The notes beneath the pieces are model-generated. The model saw only the letters and a list, made by a program, of their open reading frames with translations. It searched no databases and was not told the DNA's origin. This document shows, piece after piece, positions 28,355-38,288 of a stretch of 64,000 nucleotides of DNA; position 1 is the stretch's first letter; each line of letters begins with the position of its first letter. Location of the stretch: the IMG/VR virus record IMGVR_UViG_3300020463_003402, one strand, 5' to 3'. This DNA is from an uncultured virus (IMG/VR IMGVR_UViG_3300020463_003402). Lineage: Duplodnaviria > Heunggongvirae > Uroviricota > Caudoviricetes. The position numbers and the translations under genes were made by a program.

Positions 28355-29521
28355 TTATCGATTAGAAACAAACGCACTGTTATGCGCGGCAGTAAGCACC
28401 AGAACGTCGTCAGCTACCGGTGTATCCGCACCTTTGCCAACACCACCCCGTGGGATTGCTGCCAGTTTAATTTGAGCTTGTTTTAATAGCTCAATTTTAT
28501 CGTCCGCGCTGGCGTCGTCTGCCAACGTTAAACCCGCTGCAACTACAGCTAGTTTTAGTTGTTCATCGAACACGCCGACAATTTTGTTCGCCGTTTCAAG
28601 TTGCGCTTGAGCGGCTGAAAGATCAGATTGAAGTTTGGTCTCAGAACCATTTTCAATCTTCGTATTTAGTTCTTCTACTTGTCCTTTCAGCGCGGCAACT
28701 TCCGACTGAGAAGCGGTAAGCGCTGCCTCTGCCGTTTCGAGTTTAACTTCTAGCTTGCCGTTAGCTGCGGACAACGTAGAAACTTGGTTTGTTAAAGCTG
28801 ATAAATCCATAGTTTCACCTGTTGTTTCACTTTGAGTGGGGGAGCAAGTCATATAACTGTACTGTACGGCTTCAGGAGAACTTGAAGCGGCAAGCTGGTT
28901 ATATGCGTCTTTGCCCAGACGTTGCTTGGCAGAGCCAAGTATCTTCGGTTTATTACTCGCGCCTTTGTTCACGAGTGATAATTCTTTCCAAGCACGGAGG
29001 TCGGTTAAGCGAAGGTGGGTTCCGTTCTCACCGATTCGATGGCCGTTATCACATTCACGAAACCAGAAACTCATTTCGTTGCCTTCGGCCATGTAGTCGA
29101 AACTACATTCAGAACAGTACGCGTGATTGGGAGCTGCCCCGACAGAAACCTCATCTAGAATAGAAAGGTCAATATCTCGGGCGTAAGGGCCTTCAGCATC
29201 GACATAGAAAAGAACGTTTAAGTCCGTGTGTCCTTCATCCGCGCTATAGGTATCTGCGGCAAACACCTTACCTACTGGTAGCATCTGACCATTGTGCATG
29301 ACCTGAATAGGGACACTTTCTTCTTTGTAGTACGCCGCCATCTGTGACAGAAAGCCTTCTGTCATTTGTGCGCCATGGTAGGCTGTGCTTGGTTGATTGA
29401 TTGGACGAGTAGATGCCGCAACGCTCTCATACGCTGCAATCTGCGAAAAGTCTATTTCATCACCCGCGGCTGCGGTGATAAGCGATTTGATACGCTCAGT
29501 GAGGGTTAGCCGTTTAGCCAT
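28355..29521 (-). CDS. Prohead protease with C-terminal scaffold
   Basis: MHN..LPVGKV, EVSVG, ELSLVNKGA; coiled-coil C-terminus. Confidence 0.8.
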   Translation of the reverse strand: MAKRLTLTERIKSLITAAAGDEIDFSQIAAYESVAASTRPINQPSTAYHGAQMTEGFLSQMAAYYKEESVPIQVMHNGQMLPVGKVFAADTYSADEGHTDLNVLFYVDAEGPYARDIDLSILDEVSVGAAPNHAYCSECSFDYMAEGNEMSFWFRECDNGHRIGENGTHLRLTDLRAWKELSLVNKGASNKPKILGSAKQRLGKDAYNQLAASSSPEAVQYSYMTCSPTQSETTGETMDLSALTNQVSTLSAANGKLEVKLETAEAALTASQSEVAALKGQVEELNTKIENGSETKLQSDLSAAQAQLETANKIVGVFDEQLKLAVVAAGLTLADDASADDKIELLKQAQIKLAAIPRGGVGKGADTPVADDVLVLTAAHNSAFVSNR

Positions 29522-29596
29522 CGTCAATTTCCATCCAAATTTTCGATTATCTTAGGGCTTTTCAATCGCGTTGCCAAGCCCGATTAAAAATTAACC

Positions 29597-31057
29597 TTAA
29601 GACTGGTTAGCGTTAGACTTTGCACTTTTGTCTGAAGCACGACTAACAGAACGTCCTTGTGGGTCAGAATTAGGGCTTACTTTTTCTGCTTCTACTTCCA
29701 TAGCGCCGCCAATAAACCCCGTTCCACTTAGCTCAGCTACGGAGTCCGGTCTAATGCGACGGTACATGGCAATATGGTAATCATCGTCGGTTATCAACCC
29801 ATCACTTAGGTCGGTTCGCAAGCGGTTTGACTTCAAGTTCAATTGGGCCTCTAGCTCAAGCTCCGAACGCAAATCAATATTAGGGAATCTGACAATAACT
29901 CGACTCTCGGAGCCTTGCATACGTAAAGCCATCGTAAGCATGCTGCCTAAGATTTCTCCGATAGGTTCATTCAAGCTATCGGCAGCTTTGGCAAACAAGT
30001 TCGCTTCAACTGTAGCGGTATTTACACCAGATTCACCCCGACCAAGTACAGTGGCCATCGTCTTTAACCCTGCTTGGTTTTGGGCGTTAAGCGTATCAAT
30101 CACTTCCTGAATTTTAATACCCGTCGCTGGGTTCTTTTCATTAAGCATTGAAACTTCAGCACTGTCGGTGTGAACCATCGCTTGGTCTGGGCGCAGCGAA
30201 GCAAACGCGCCTCCAATATCTTGGCGGCGTTGAGAAATATAGGTTCTTAGTTTTTGTGGATCGACCTTAACATCCGCAGGGGCATTTTTCACCAAGACTT
30301 CTTCAAGTACCTTGATAGCGATTCGCGGGAACCCTGTAACTTGCATGATTCGATACAAGTCATTAATCACCTGTTGCCTTGCTGCCATGGTATTAATTGC
30401 ACTAACGAAGGGGCTATGGCCGTAAGCTTCAATAGGTGATTTTCGGTACCAAGCTACGAAGAAAGAAGGGATATCCATTTTAATTGGGTCCCCGCCCCCT
30501 TGGTCTTGCCATGGCACCATTTTCCCAGGCTCTTTTTCTTGCCATCGAATACTGGCCATATCGATATTGCGAAGCTCAGTTAATTGAAGTTGATCCCCAA
30601 ATACCGTTTCACAGCCTATACCACCTCGGGCTAATAGCATGTAGCGGAATTCTTCTGATAGTTCTCGCAGAGTCTTAGGTCTTAAATAACCTTTAGAGTA
30701 GTCGCGGCGGGTCTCTAAGGCTTCAATAAGTTCATTAACTATCTTGGCGCCATCGCGGTCAATCGCCCCATCTGGGTCTTTTACAACAATATACGGGATA
30801 GAGCTCCCAGCCGTAGTTAGATATGCGCCTAATGCGGCTGACGCATCAGGGTCGGACTTAACAAGCTTCATAATGAGTGTTTGTGAATTATCCGAAACTC
30901 GACTTGAATAGATATCTTCTAGGTGTTCCCGATAATCTGGGAGCGATAGGACTTCTGTGTTGTTCTCTGCGTTATAGGTCGCAGTTTGTGTACTCCCTTT
31001 CGGCTTAAACCGATTAGGCACAATTACCTTGAGCTTGCTAAGTATTGTTACGGCCAT
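29597..31057 (-). CDS. Portal protein
   Basis: ~486 aa directly after the terminase; synteny. Confidence 0.8.
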   Translation of the reverse strand: MAVTILSKLKVIVPNRFKPKGSTQTATYNAENNTEVLSLPDYREHLEDIYSSRVSDNSQTLIMKLVKSDPDASAALGAYLTTAGSSIPYIVVKDPDGAIDRDGAKIVNELIEALETRRDYSKGYLRPKTLRELSEEFRYMLLARGGIGCETVFGDQLQLTELRNIDMASIRWQEKEPGKMVPWQDQGGGDPIKMDIPSFFVAWYRKSPIEAYGHSPFVSAINTMAARQQVINDLYRIMQVTGFPRIAIKVLEEVLVKNAPADVKVDPQKLRTYISQRRQDIGGAFASLRPDQAMVHTDSAEVSMLNEKNPATGIKIQEVIDTLNAQNQAGLKTMATVLGRGESGVNTATVEANLFAKAADSLNEPIGEILGSMLTMALRMQGSESRVIVRFPNIDLRSELELEAQLNLKSNRLRTDLSDGLITDDDYHIAMYRRIRPDSVAELSGTGFIGGAMEVEAEKVSPNSDPQGRSVSRASDKSAKSNANQS

Positions 31058-31075
31058 CGTCAATTTCCCAAATTG

Positions 31076-32857
31076 TTAGTACCGACGAATTATTTTTGTC
31101 GGGTTATTGCTGGAAGAATAACCGATTAAGTCGGTTGTGCCAAAGATATCATTATCTTGTTGGCCTAGAAGGATACCTCCGCCGTGGCCAGCGTTAGAGA
31201 AATCGGTATTCACATTCACCCAGCCCTCAAGACCGTCTTTTATAATTTTATACGAGACCCCTGCGGCGAGATAGGCCATTGCGTGGAAGAAGTGGTCTTT
31301 ACCCGAAAGCTTAACCCAAACGGCTTGTTCCTCTTCGACTTCTTCTCTGATCATATCCTGAAGATGAGACTCTATTTTGTCTTGGTTGCTGGTGTAACCT
31401 TCAATCGACCACGTTAAGTTTCTTATACCTGTGGCCACATGGTCTAGCATATCGGTACGGTTCACCTTGATATAGTCCACTTCTCCGAGTGCATTCTTCT
31501 CTTCAGCAACTTCCTTACTTTTCGTGTAGTGCACCGGCATAATTCGCCCGAGGCTACCGTTACGGATATCATTACTGGTAGGTGTATAAGGGTACCTATC
31601 CAAGCCTCCCCCAACAAAATGATATTGCTCATCTAGCTTATTAACCAACCCCCGTAATTGGTCTATATGGCAGTAAGTGGCTAAAATAATCCGCATCTTT
31701 CTAGGGTCGGTACCACAACCTACAACGATGTAGCACGTTACCCCCATATCAATACCAATGAAGTGTGGTTCACCTTGTCTTGGCTCTGGGATAGCTGGGC
31801 TTCCCATGGCTAGTTTTATCTGGCTTAACGAAAGCTTCTGGTCTTCGTTGTTGTAGGGCTCACCCTTAACCGTGTTGTAAAAGCCCTTCAGGTTATCATT
31901 CGATTTGTAATCAAATAACTGAGCGAAACAATATTGAGGGTCTAGTCTGTGGGTAGAGAACGTGCGGATACGGTACCCGCGGTTGAGCACCCGACTCGGG
32001 TATTTAGCCACCCATTCACGGTTTTCATAGTCAGCAAGGTTTAGGGGCTTCCGGCATTTTTCACAAACCACGCGTGCGGATTGAATATCGAGCTGGCCAG
32101 AGTCGATAAGGTTATCTGAGATATCTTCAAATTTTTCCAAATCATCGGGTAGGCCATCGACTTCGACGAACGCTCGGCTAAATACGGGTATTTGGTAATG
32201 GTTGCAGCAACGGCACTTAATCACGTACTCATGCTGGTCACTTCTTCGGTATCCTCTGTCTACGCCTACCCCTTCATAAGTTGGGGTACTGAAACGCTGG
32301 TTAACACGATGATCGGAACCTTGTAGACGAGAGTTAAAGAGTGACAACATTGACGGGTCTGTTAAGTCAATCTCATCGTTAAAAACAAAGTCCGCGTTGA
32401 TACTCGTGGCGTCGGCCTCTGCAGAGCCGGTAACGTAAAGGAAACTGGTACCAATCCTCATTAGGTCCATAGACTGCTTGGTCTTGTCCCCACTCTCTTG
32501 CCTAAAAGCTTTATCAAAATTAATCAACGGTTGGATACGCGCTTTTGAAATACGCTTAAACATCCGCTCATTCGGCATGGTGTAAATCAAAGAGGTGTTA
32601 GGGATTCGGCTTAATATCGCCAGCGCTTTACGAATCTGTATTTCGGTAAGACCAACCTGAGAGGGCTTTATACAATCGAGGCTGGGGTGCATATCATCGG
32701 CAATCTGTTTTTGGAAGGGATAGCGCTCGAAACTAAAAGGTCGCTTGTTAAGTGAAGTGTTCGCACACATCCAATCCCCATGCGTCATATCTTTCGAATC
32801 TTTGTTGTACCGGCCTTCTGCAGTCGAGTACAAATCCATTAAAAACTGATTAGCCAC
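31076..32857 (-). CDS. Terminase large subunit (lambda gpA-like)
   Basis: KPSQVGLTE, FNDEID, FSTP, CRCC..CEKC, GIDMG nuclease motif; GTG start with GAGG SD. Confidence 0.9.
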   Translation of the reverse strand: MANQFLMDLYSTAEGRYNKDSKDMTHGDWMCANTSLNKRPFSFERYPFQKQIADDMHPSLDCIKPSQVGLTEIQIRKALAILSRIPNTSLIYTMPNERMFKRISKARIQPLINFDKAFRQESGDKTKQSMDLMRIGTSFLYVTGSAEADATSINADFVFNDEIDLTDPSMLSLFNSRLQGSDHRVNQRFSTPTYEGVGVDRGYRRSDQHEYVIKCRCCNHYQIPVFSRAFVEVDGLPDDLEKFEDISDNLIDSGQLDIQSARVVCEKCRKPLNLADYENREWVAKYPSRVLNRGYRIRTFSTHRLDPQYCFAQLFDYKSNDNLKGFYNTVKGEPYNNEDQKLSLSQIKLAMGSPAIPEPRQGEPHFIGIDMGVTCYIVVGCGTDPRKMRIILATYCHIDQLRGLVNKLDEQYHFVGGGLDRYPYTPTSNDIRNGSLGRIMPVHYTKSKEVAEEKNALGEVDYIKVNRTDMLDHVATGIRNLTWSIEGYTSNQDKIESHLQDMIREEVEEEQAVWVKLSGKDHFFHAMAYLAAGVSYKIIKDGLEGWVNVNTDFSNAGHGGGILLGQQDNDIFGTTDLIGYSSSNNPTKIIRRY

Positions 32858-32969
32858 AGCTACCTCAATTATCGTCAATTAATCTATTTTCCGAATAGAT
32901 TACGCTTTACTGACTATACAGGCAATCTTGCGGTATGATATTTAACCTATAACAAAGCGGAGATTGACG

Positions 32970-33458
32970 ATGAAAACACCCAAGTTCTATCCTGAGTTCA
33001 CCCCGAACCTTTTCACAACGCTGAATACGTGGAAAAAACTAATTCAAGACGACCCAACCTACCTCGACGATGAAGACTGCCCTTACGAGCCCAACGAGAT
33101 AGAATTCCTTACTGCGCTTTTTAGCATTCAAACCGACGCTGGCATAACCGTTGCAGACTCAGAAATAGAGGATTTAGAGTCTATTCCAGATTTCGAGACG
33201 GAAGCGTTGCAACTGTATCGAGATATGAAAACCTTCAAAAACTCGCTCAACCACGGGGACACAAGCGAAATGACCAGTACGTTTCGTACCATGGTGTCAC
33301 TGATGGAAAAAATCCTCGATGTTCAAGAACGGGCCTCAGGTATAAAACAATTTGGTGTATTCAAAACGTTTATCCTCGATAGCATGGAGCGCTATCTAAC
33401 ACCGCAGCAAAAAACTGAGTTTATCGACGAAATGCAACTCGTACTTAATCAGGAGTAA
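32970..33458 (+). CDS. Hypothetical helical protein (possible terminase small subunit), divergent from terL
   Basis: ORF with GGAGATTGACG-ATG start; function inferred from position only. Confidence 0.5.
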   Translation: MKTPKFYPEFTPNLFTTLNTWKKLIQDDPTYLDDEDCPYEPNEIEFLTALFSIQTDAGITVADSEIEDLESIPDFETEALQLYRDMKTFKNSLNHGDTSEMTSTFRTMVSLMEKILDVQERASGIKQFGVFKTFILDSMERYLTPQQKTEFIDEMQLVLNQE

Positions 33459-33462
33459 CCGC

Positions 33463-35970
33463 ATGTATAGTTTATTATCGAAAGCCTTATTTGCTGTGGG
33501 TGTGCCAACGATTCCGTTGTTTAAAACTTCAAAGCTCCCCGCTATCCCCAGTGACAAAATCCAGCAAGCCACCCAGGAGTTACACCAAAAGAATTGGCAA
33601 GCGACACATGCGGATAAGCTTTGTGGCGTGGCTTTAGGTCAGGCCCTCAAAGACGAGAGTGAGTATTGTCTTGTTGCGGTAAGGCTCGATCATAAACAAT
33701 CCGATTTAAAGCTTTCACTTTCGCATAAGCTTCCTTCAAGCTTTTGGCTGGTCTCTGAATCAAATAGTCACTACATGATTTTTAAAGCGCCGGCACCTTC
33801 GCCTTGTAGTGAATCATTAAAATCATTCGCGGTTCTTGGCTCTGGCCTCGAGGGACGGTTGCTTTCATTCTTGGCGGAAGACGCGTTTGTGGTACTGAGC
33901 TCACCAACTCAGGTACCGACCAAAGACGTCGTAGATAACTTACCGGTATTTGAACCACACCACATCATGGATGTGTTGCAGGAGATTATGCCGGATGTGG
34001 AGTTTCAAAAAGAGCCATATCAGCACGAAGCAAGGACAAAATTACACACTCTCGGCCAATTGGACGTAACTATGCGCTCTTACCTGACGCATTTTTGCTA
34101 CGATTTTTTACTAAATTGCGACCAAAACACGTACCTTTTGCCCGTTTTGCAAGAAATTGACGCACTTTATGACAGTTTTTCGCAGAATTTTGCCGAAATA
34201 CCACCAAATCATCAAAAAGACGCCTATTTCCAGACCTTCTACTCACTTATCCACCAAGTGCGTATGTATTACAACCTTCGCCTTCCGCCCCACTGGGACG
34301 TCAATATTGGCTCTAATTTAAGGGACAGATACGCGATTCCGTTCACCTCTAAAGACGCGCAATACACCTATCAAGGCCTTCAGAAGTACGTTTACGATAA
34401 AATGTCCGATGCCATAGGCAACGAAACCCAAATGTTGAGTGCATGCCAGTCGGCCATGGAAGAAATCGCACGCTCATTCACGGTAACCAAACTTGAAGTA
34501 GACCAGCTCAAGCGATATATCTCGCGACAGTCTGGGATGAAGCTAAACATGACGAAGATGGATAGTCAGATAACCAACCTAAGGAAGCAAGCGCGAGGCG
34601 TGATAGACCTACCTGCCATCGTGTCTATCGTCACACAGTTTCTCTCAAGTCAAACCGAGCATCGCTATGATGCGGCCATCGACGCCCAGAGATTATGTCG
34701 CTGGATAGGCACGCATTGGGAACCAGTAGAAGACCATGAAATAAGCCATATCATCAACACCTACTTTCCCTCGAACTTCACAGACAAGGGTACGCGTAAC
34801 ACCAATACGATTATTACGGCCATCAAAAATAAACTGGCCCTGCCCCTTCGACGCGTCAATTCTGTAGGTGTGAACTTCAACAACGGGTTTGTAAATTCCC
34901 AACTTCAACTATTACCCCACGACCCAGATATGGGGCTAACGTATACGTTGCCATTTACATTCAACCCAGACCAAGTTTACCCACCGGAAAAGCTATATAA
35001 ATTTATCACCCAGATTTGGACCTCAGACGACGAGAGCGATAACATTATGGCTTTGCAAGAAGCGATGGCCGCGACGTTCTTCAACACCGGTACACTTTTC
35101 CAACGGGCCATCCTACTTCACGGCACGCCAAAATCAGGAAAGAGCCAGATACTCAATATCATTCGCGGTCTGGTACCACCACAAAAGCGCGTTTCACTCC
35201 CACCCAACAAGTGGGGAGATAACGACGCGCTGGCCGCGCTATCGAATAAACTACTAAACCTGTGTGGCGAACTCTCTGAAAACGAACCTATCAACAGCCA
35301 GCGCTTCAAAGATATTGTTGATGGCCAAGAAGTCACGCTTAAGCGAAACATCAACCAACATAACACCCTGCAACCGATGGCTACACATTGGTTCGCCTCA
35401 AACCATCTGCCAAAAACTAAAGATTTCTCCGAAGGATTTACTCGACGCTGGTTGATACTCAATACGGAAAGACCTATTCCCCCTGAAAATCGAGAGCTGG
35501 ATATTGGTAACAAAATTGTTGCCGAAGAAAAGGACAAGATTATCTCGTGGGCCTTACGCGCTTATCCGAGACTGGTCAACAATCGCGACTACACTTTACC
35601 CGACTCACATCATGAGCTCGTGCGCCAGCTCGGACAGATGAATAATAACGTTCGATACTTCTTCGAAGCCTCTGGGTATATTGAATTGTCTGATGATTCT
35701 ATGATAGCGGTGCTTAAATCCCTACCAAAAGACGAGTTGATTGATGAGCTTAAGTCGCTCCCCTCTATAGCGGGTAGGGATTTATATACACTCTACGCCG
35801 CATCTGTTCGCGAATTTAAAAACGGGGCTGTCGTGGATGAAGGTGAATTCTATCGTCGAACCAAAGAGCTCAGTACGCTTTATCAGTTTCTCCAAGTCGT
35901 GGGACGCGATTCGAAAAACCGATTAGTTATTCAGTATTATGGACTGAACATTCAATTAAACGCTCATTAA
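33463..35970 (+). CDS. D5/P4-family primase-helicase (SF3 helicase)
   Basis: NFNNG (D5_N), HGTPKSGKS Walker A, ASNHLP, GFTRRWLIL. Confidence 0.85.
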   Translation: MYSLLSKALFAVGVPTIPLFKTSKLPAIPSDKIQQATQELHQKNWQATHADKLCGVALGQALKDESEYCLVAVRLDHKQSDLKLSLSHKLPSSFWLVSESNSHYMIFKAPAPSPCSESLKSFAVLGSGLEGRLLSFLAEDAFVVLSSPTQVPTKDVVDNLPVFEPHHIMDVLQEIMPDVEFQKEPYQHEARTKLHTLGQLDVTMRSYLTHFCYDFLLNCDQNTYLLPVLQEIDALYDSFSQNFAEIPPNHQKDAYFQTFYSLIHQVRMYYNLRLPPHWDVNIGSNLRDRYAIPFTSKDAQYTYQGLQKYVYDKMSDAIGNETQMLSACQSAMEEIARSFTVTKLEVDQLKRYISRQSGMKLNMTKMDSQITNLRKQARGVIDLPAIVSIVTQFLSSQTEHRYDAAIDAQRLCRWIGTHWEPVEDHEISHIINTYFPSNFTDKGTRNTNTIITAIKNKLALPLRRVNSVGVNFNNGFVNSQLQLLPHDPDMGLTYTLPFTFNPDQVYPPEKLYKFITQIWTSDDESDNIMALQEAMAATFFNTGTLFQRAILLHGTPKSGKSQILNIIRGLVPPQKRVSLPPNKWGDNDALAALSNKLLNLCGELSENEPINSQRFKDIVDGQEVTLKRNINQHNTLQPMATHWFASNHLPKTKDFSEGFTRRWLILNTERPIPPENRELDIGNKIVAEEKDKIISWALRAYPRLVNNRDYTLPDSHHELVRQLGQMNNNVRYFFEASGYIELSDDSMIAVLKSLPKDELIDELKSLPSIAGRDLYTLYAASVREFKNGAVVDEGEFYRRTKELSTLYQFLQVVGRDSKNRLVIQYYGLNIQLNAH

Positions 35971-36089
35971 TCAATCAGGCATAACCTTAGGCGAAAAAAT
36001 TTTTAAAAATTTTTTCGCCTTTTTTACGTTTCTTTGCACACACTGACAATGTGTGTAAGTGCTTTCAAGTGACGAACTTTTCCAGCTAC

Positions 36090-36114
36090 AAAAACACAAT
36101 TTTATTGTGTCTTT
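36090..36114. promoter_or_regulatory. Operator-like palindrome AAAAACACAA-N5-TTGTGTCTTT
   Basis: Near-identical to the perfect palindrome at 53671-53695. Confidence 0.55.
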
Positions 36115-36229
36115 TATTTCAGAAATACGACAACAAAAGCCCTCGTGATTTAACACTTATATAACAGAATATAAGGTCTGCCACCGGTTTACTTACTTGA
36201 CCAATCAAGGAGATTTTTATACTTTAGTT

Positions 36230-36429
36230 GGCGTTGACAGCAAACAGCTTACATGCCTCAACCGCGGGAGCCAGCGCTCCTTACAATTTGGAAATTGACG
36301 ATAAAGCCTGTTCTAATCTTTGTGCCCGTCCGCATACCTAGTTTCAAGCTTATCCTACGAACAACGACCTCTGATTACGTTGAACGTCTCAAACCCCGAG
36401 TGGCTATAATCCCTCGGGGTTTTCTTTTT
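36230..36429 (+). ncRNA. Candidate ~200-nt non-coding (sponge-like) RNA carrying a 19-nt perfect target of the sRNA
   Basis: TTGACC..TATACT upstream (short 15-bp spacer); ATTTGGAAATTGACGATAA at 36286-36304 with no start codon after it; terminator at 36391-36429. Confidence 0.45.
36391..36429 (+). terminator. Intrinsic terminator
   Basis: AAACCCCGAG..CTCGGGGTTTTCTTTTT. Confidence 0.75.
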
Positions 36430-36431
36430 GG

Positions 36432-36537
36432 CCTAGGTTCTCGGGTCGAGGTTCTCGGGTAAAGTTTCTAGTTTCCCGGGTCGAGGTTCTAGGTTCTCGG
36501 GTCTAGGGTCGCGGTTCTATGTTTGAGGGTCGAGGGT
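36432..36537. repeat. Degenerate short direct repeats (GTTCTCGGGT / GGTCGAGG / CTAG units)
   Basis: Visible tandem degenerate units in non-coding DNA. Confidence 0.7.
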
Positions 36538-36734
36538 AGTATCTATAACCTTCCAAAATTCCAAAAATTTTTCATGTGGAGTGAGAGGGCCACCCCACTA
36601 TATCACCCCATTTTCTTGCATAAAATCCACCCCCCCTTTTATAGTGAATGCAACTCGGGACACGTACCACTTAACACGGCTCGAGGGGGGAACATTCCCC
36701 CACCAACAAATTAACTTTTAAGGAATTGACGATT

Positions 36735-37454
36735 ATGACTACTGCTACCACTTTCAATGCTTCTGTTTTTGCTTCTGCTCTTGTTACCGCTGATAAGAAT
36801 GATCTACGTGTGCCAGCCGTGAAAATGGCTATTGCGTGCTATGCCGTAGCGCACAACATGGAACAAGGTGCAAACATCGCGCTTTGTTGTGACTTGTACG
36901 GCGTGCCAGCTAACCAACGTACAAAAGCCAACCGCGACAGCTCACGCCTATACAACCAAGCAAAAGGTTACTGGAAAACATACGTGAAATTCGTAAATGA
37001 TAACCGTCAATATCTAACCAAGTTTTTCGACTCAATCAAAACGATCGAGTTAAATGGCACCTTTGCGCAAATCGGTGACAAGGTATTAAACGCGGATATT
37101 TACGGCGAAAACGGTGCTCCTCAAGGGCGCGTTGAATGGCTTAACTTTTTAGGTGAATACTTGCCTAAAGAAGCGAAAGAAGAAAAGCCAAGCAAAGACG
37201 CGAAAAGCACGCCTGTAAAGGGCAAAGATAAGGAAGGTGGCGCAGCAAAACGCGCGGCTGATGATAATGTATCTAGCGCGGTAATGGCTCTTGTTTCTAA
37301 GCTTGAGGATCACACACAAGCGCTAATCAATAACCAACTTGAAGCGCTAGACGCGGCCGGTTTACCTAAGGCTCACCGCGCCAAGGTTAGCAAAGCAATG
37401 CTTGCCCTATCGCTTGAGATTCAAAAGGATCTCGAAAAGCAACTTAATAAGTAA
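36735..37454 (+). CDS. Hypothetical early protein
   Basis: ORF after palindrome and start motif; followed by a terminator. Confidence 0.75.
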   Translation: MTTATTFNASVFASALVTADKNDLRVPAVKMAIACYAVAHNMEQGANIALCCDLYGVPANQRTKANRDSSRLYNQAKGYWKTYVKFVNDNRQYLTKFFDSIKTIELNGTFAQIGDKVLNADIYGENGAPQGRVEWLNFLGEYLPKEAKEEKPSKDAKSTPVKGKDKEGGAAKRAADDNVSSAVMALVSKLEDHTQALINNQLEALDAAGLPKAHRAKVSKAMLALSLEIQKDLEKQLNK

Positions 37455-37500
37455 GCCCAGCGGGACGGGGGGAACATTCCCCCCCTCAATTCGAGAAACG

Positions 37501-37538
37501 AAAAACCGATTAGCACGGCTAGTGCTAATCGGTTTTTT
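37501..37538 (+). terminator. Intrinsic terminator (bidirectional)
   Basis: AAAAACCGATTAGCAC-ggcta-GTGCTAATCGGTTTTTT. Confidence 0.85.
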
Positions 37539-37574
37539 ATTTTTCGCGAGGCTATTAAGCGCGTGCCTACCTAT

Positions 37575-37990
37575 GCTGGTGGTGTGTGCCAGTGCCTAGG
37601 CTCTCGTGTCTAGGGGCTTGGCTGGTGGATTGTGATAGCAATTCGCGTGAAGGGAATTTGGGCAACTACAGGGCCGTGACTGTCGCGGCGATTTTAGGGG
37701 GGAACATTCCCCCCCAGATACAAGGAAATTGATGATGATTACACGTACAGATATTGCTTTATTTATCGCGTTTATGGTGCATTTTATGCTGCTGGTGGCT
37801 GGGTTCACGGTACTCATTACGAGTGCCAATGGTCTGGGCTTAATTGAGGTATCGAGTTACGCCAGTGTGCCGTTGTTTTTGATCTCCGTAGCGACCCTCA
37901 AAGCAGAGACTCTAGACAGAAGAAGTAATTTTCGGCTGGTGGAAGTGCGCTTTCATTCTAAAAAATAGAATCTAGAATCGAGGCTGGTGG
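37575..37990 (+). other. Cluster of five Chi octamers GCTGGTGG
   Basis: At 37575, 37621, 37791, 37935 and 37983, all in the same orientation. Confidence 0.75.
37735..37968 (+). CDS. Small membrane protein
   Basis: Hydrophobic; start motif variant GGAAATTGATGATG. Confidence 0.5.
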   Translation: MITRTDIALFIAFMVHFMLLVAGFTVLITSANGLGLIEVSSYASVPLFLISVATLKAETLDRRSNFRLVEVRFHSKK

Positions 37991-38288
37991 TTTTTAGTTC
38001 GAGGAAAAAGGACAAAAAATTCGAATCGAGGGTTGACAGCGCGGAAATAGGAGCAGCGCCGATTCCGACCCTCAAGCCTCTCTTCAAGCTTCTCGCATGA
38101 GAATATAGGACCTCTACAAGGGTCGTGTAAAGTATTTTAAGGCCACAGGTATTCGCCTTAACCTCAAAACCGAGCCCAATTTAAGGGCTTCAAGGGGGAA
38201 CATTCTCCCCTATTTTAGGACAAATTAAGAGGCTTCAGGGGGGAACATTCTCCCCCATATTTGAGCACATTTTGACAGGAAATTGACG

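Noticed and set aside
35..31417. Numerous plus-strand ORFs overlapping structural genes
   Set aside because: Shadow ORFs without SD or recognisable domains (except 23388-23729).
32959..32972. TTGACG in the motif as a sigma70 -35 box
   Set aside because: It abuts start codons, so the -10 would fall inside coding sequence, and no consistent -10 is seen 17 bp downstream.
36720..36731. Resemblance of AAGGAATTGACG to the conserved 16S rRNA ~915-925 region
   Set aside because: Same sense as the rRNA rather than complementary, short, and no rRNA gene context; the antisense sRNA explains the motif better.
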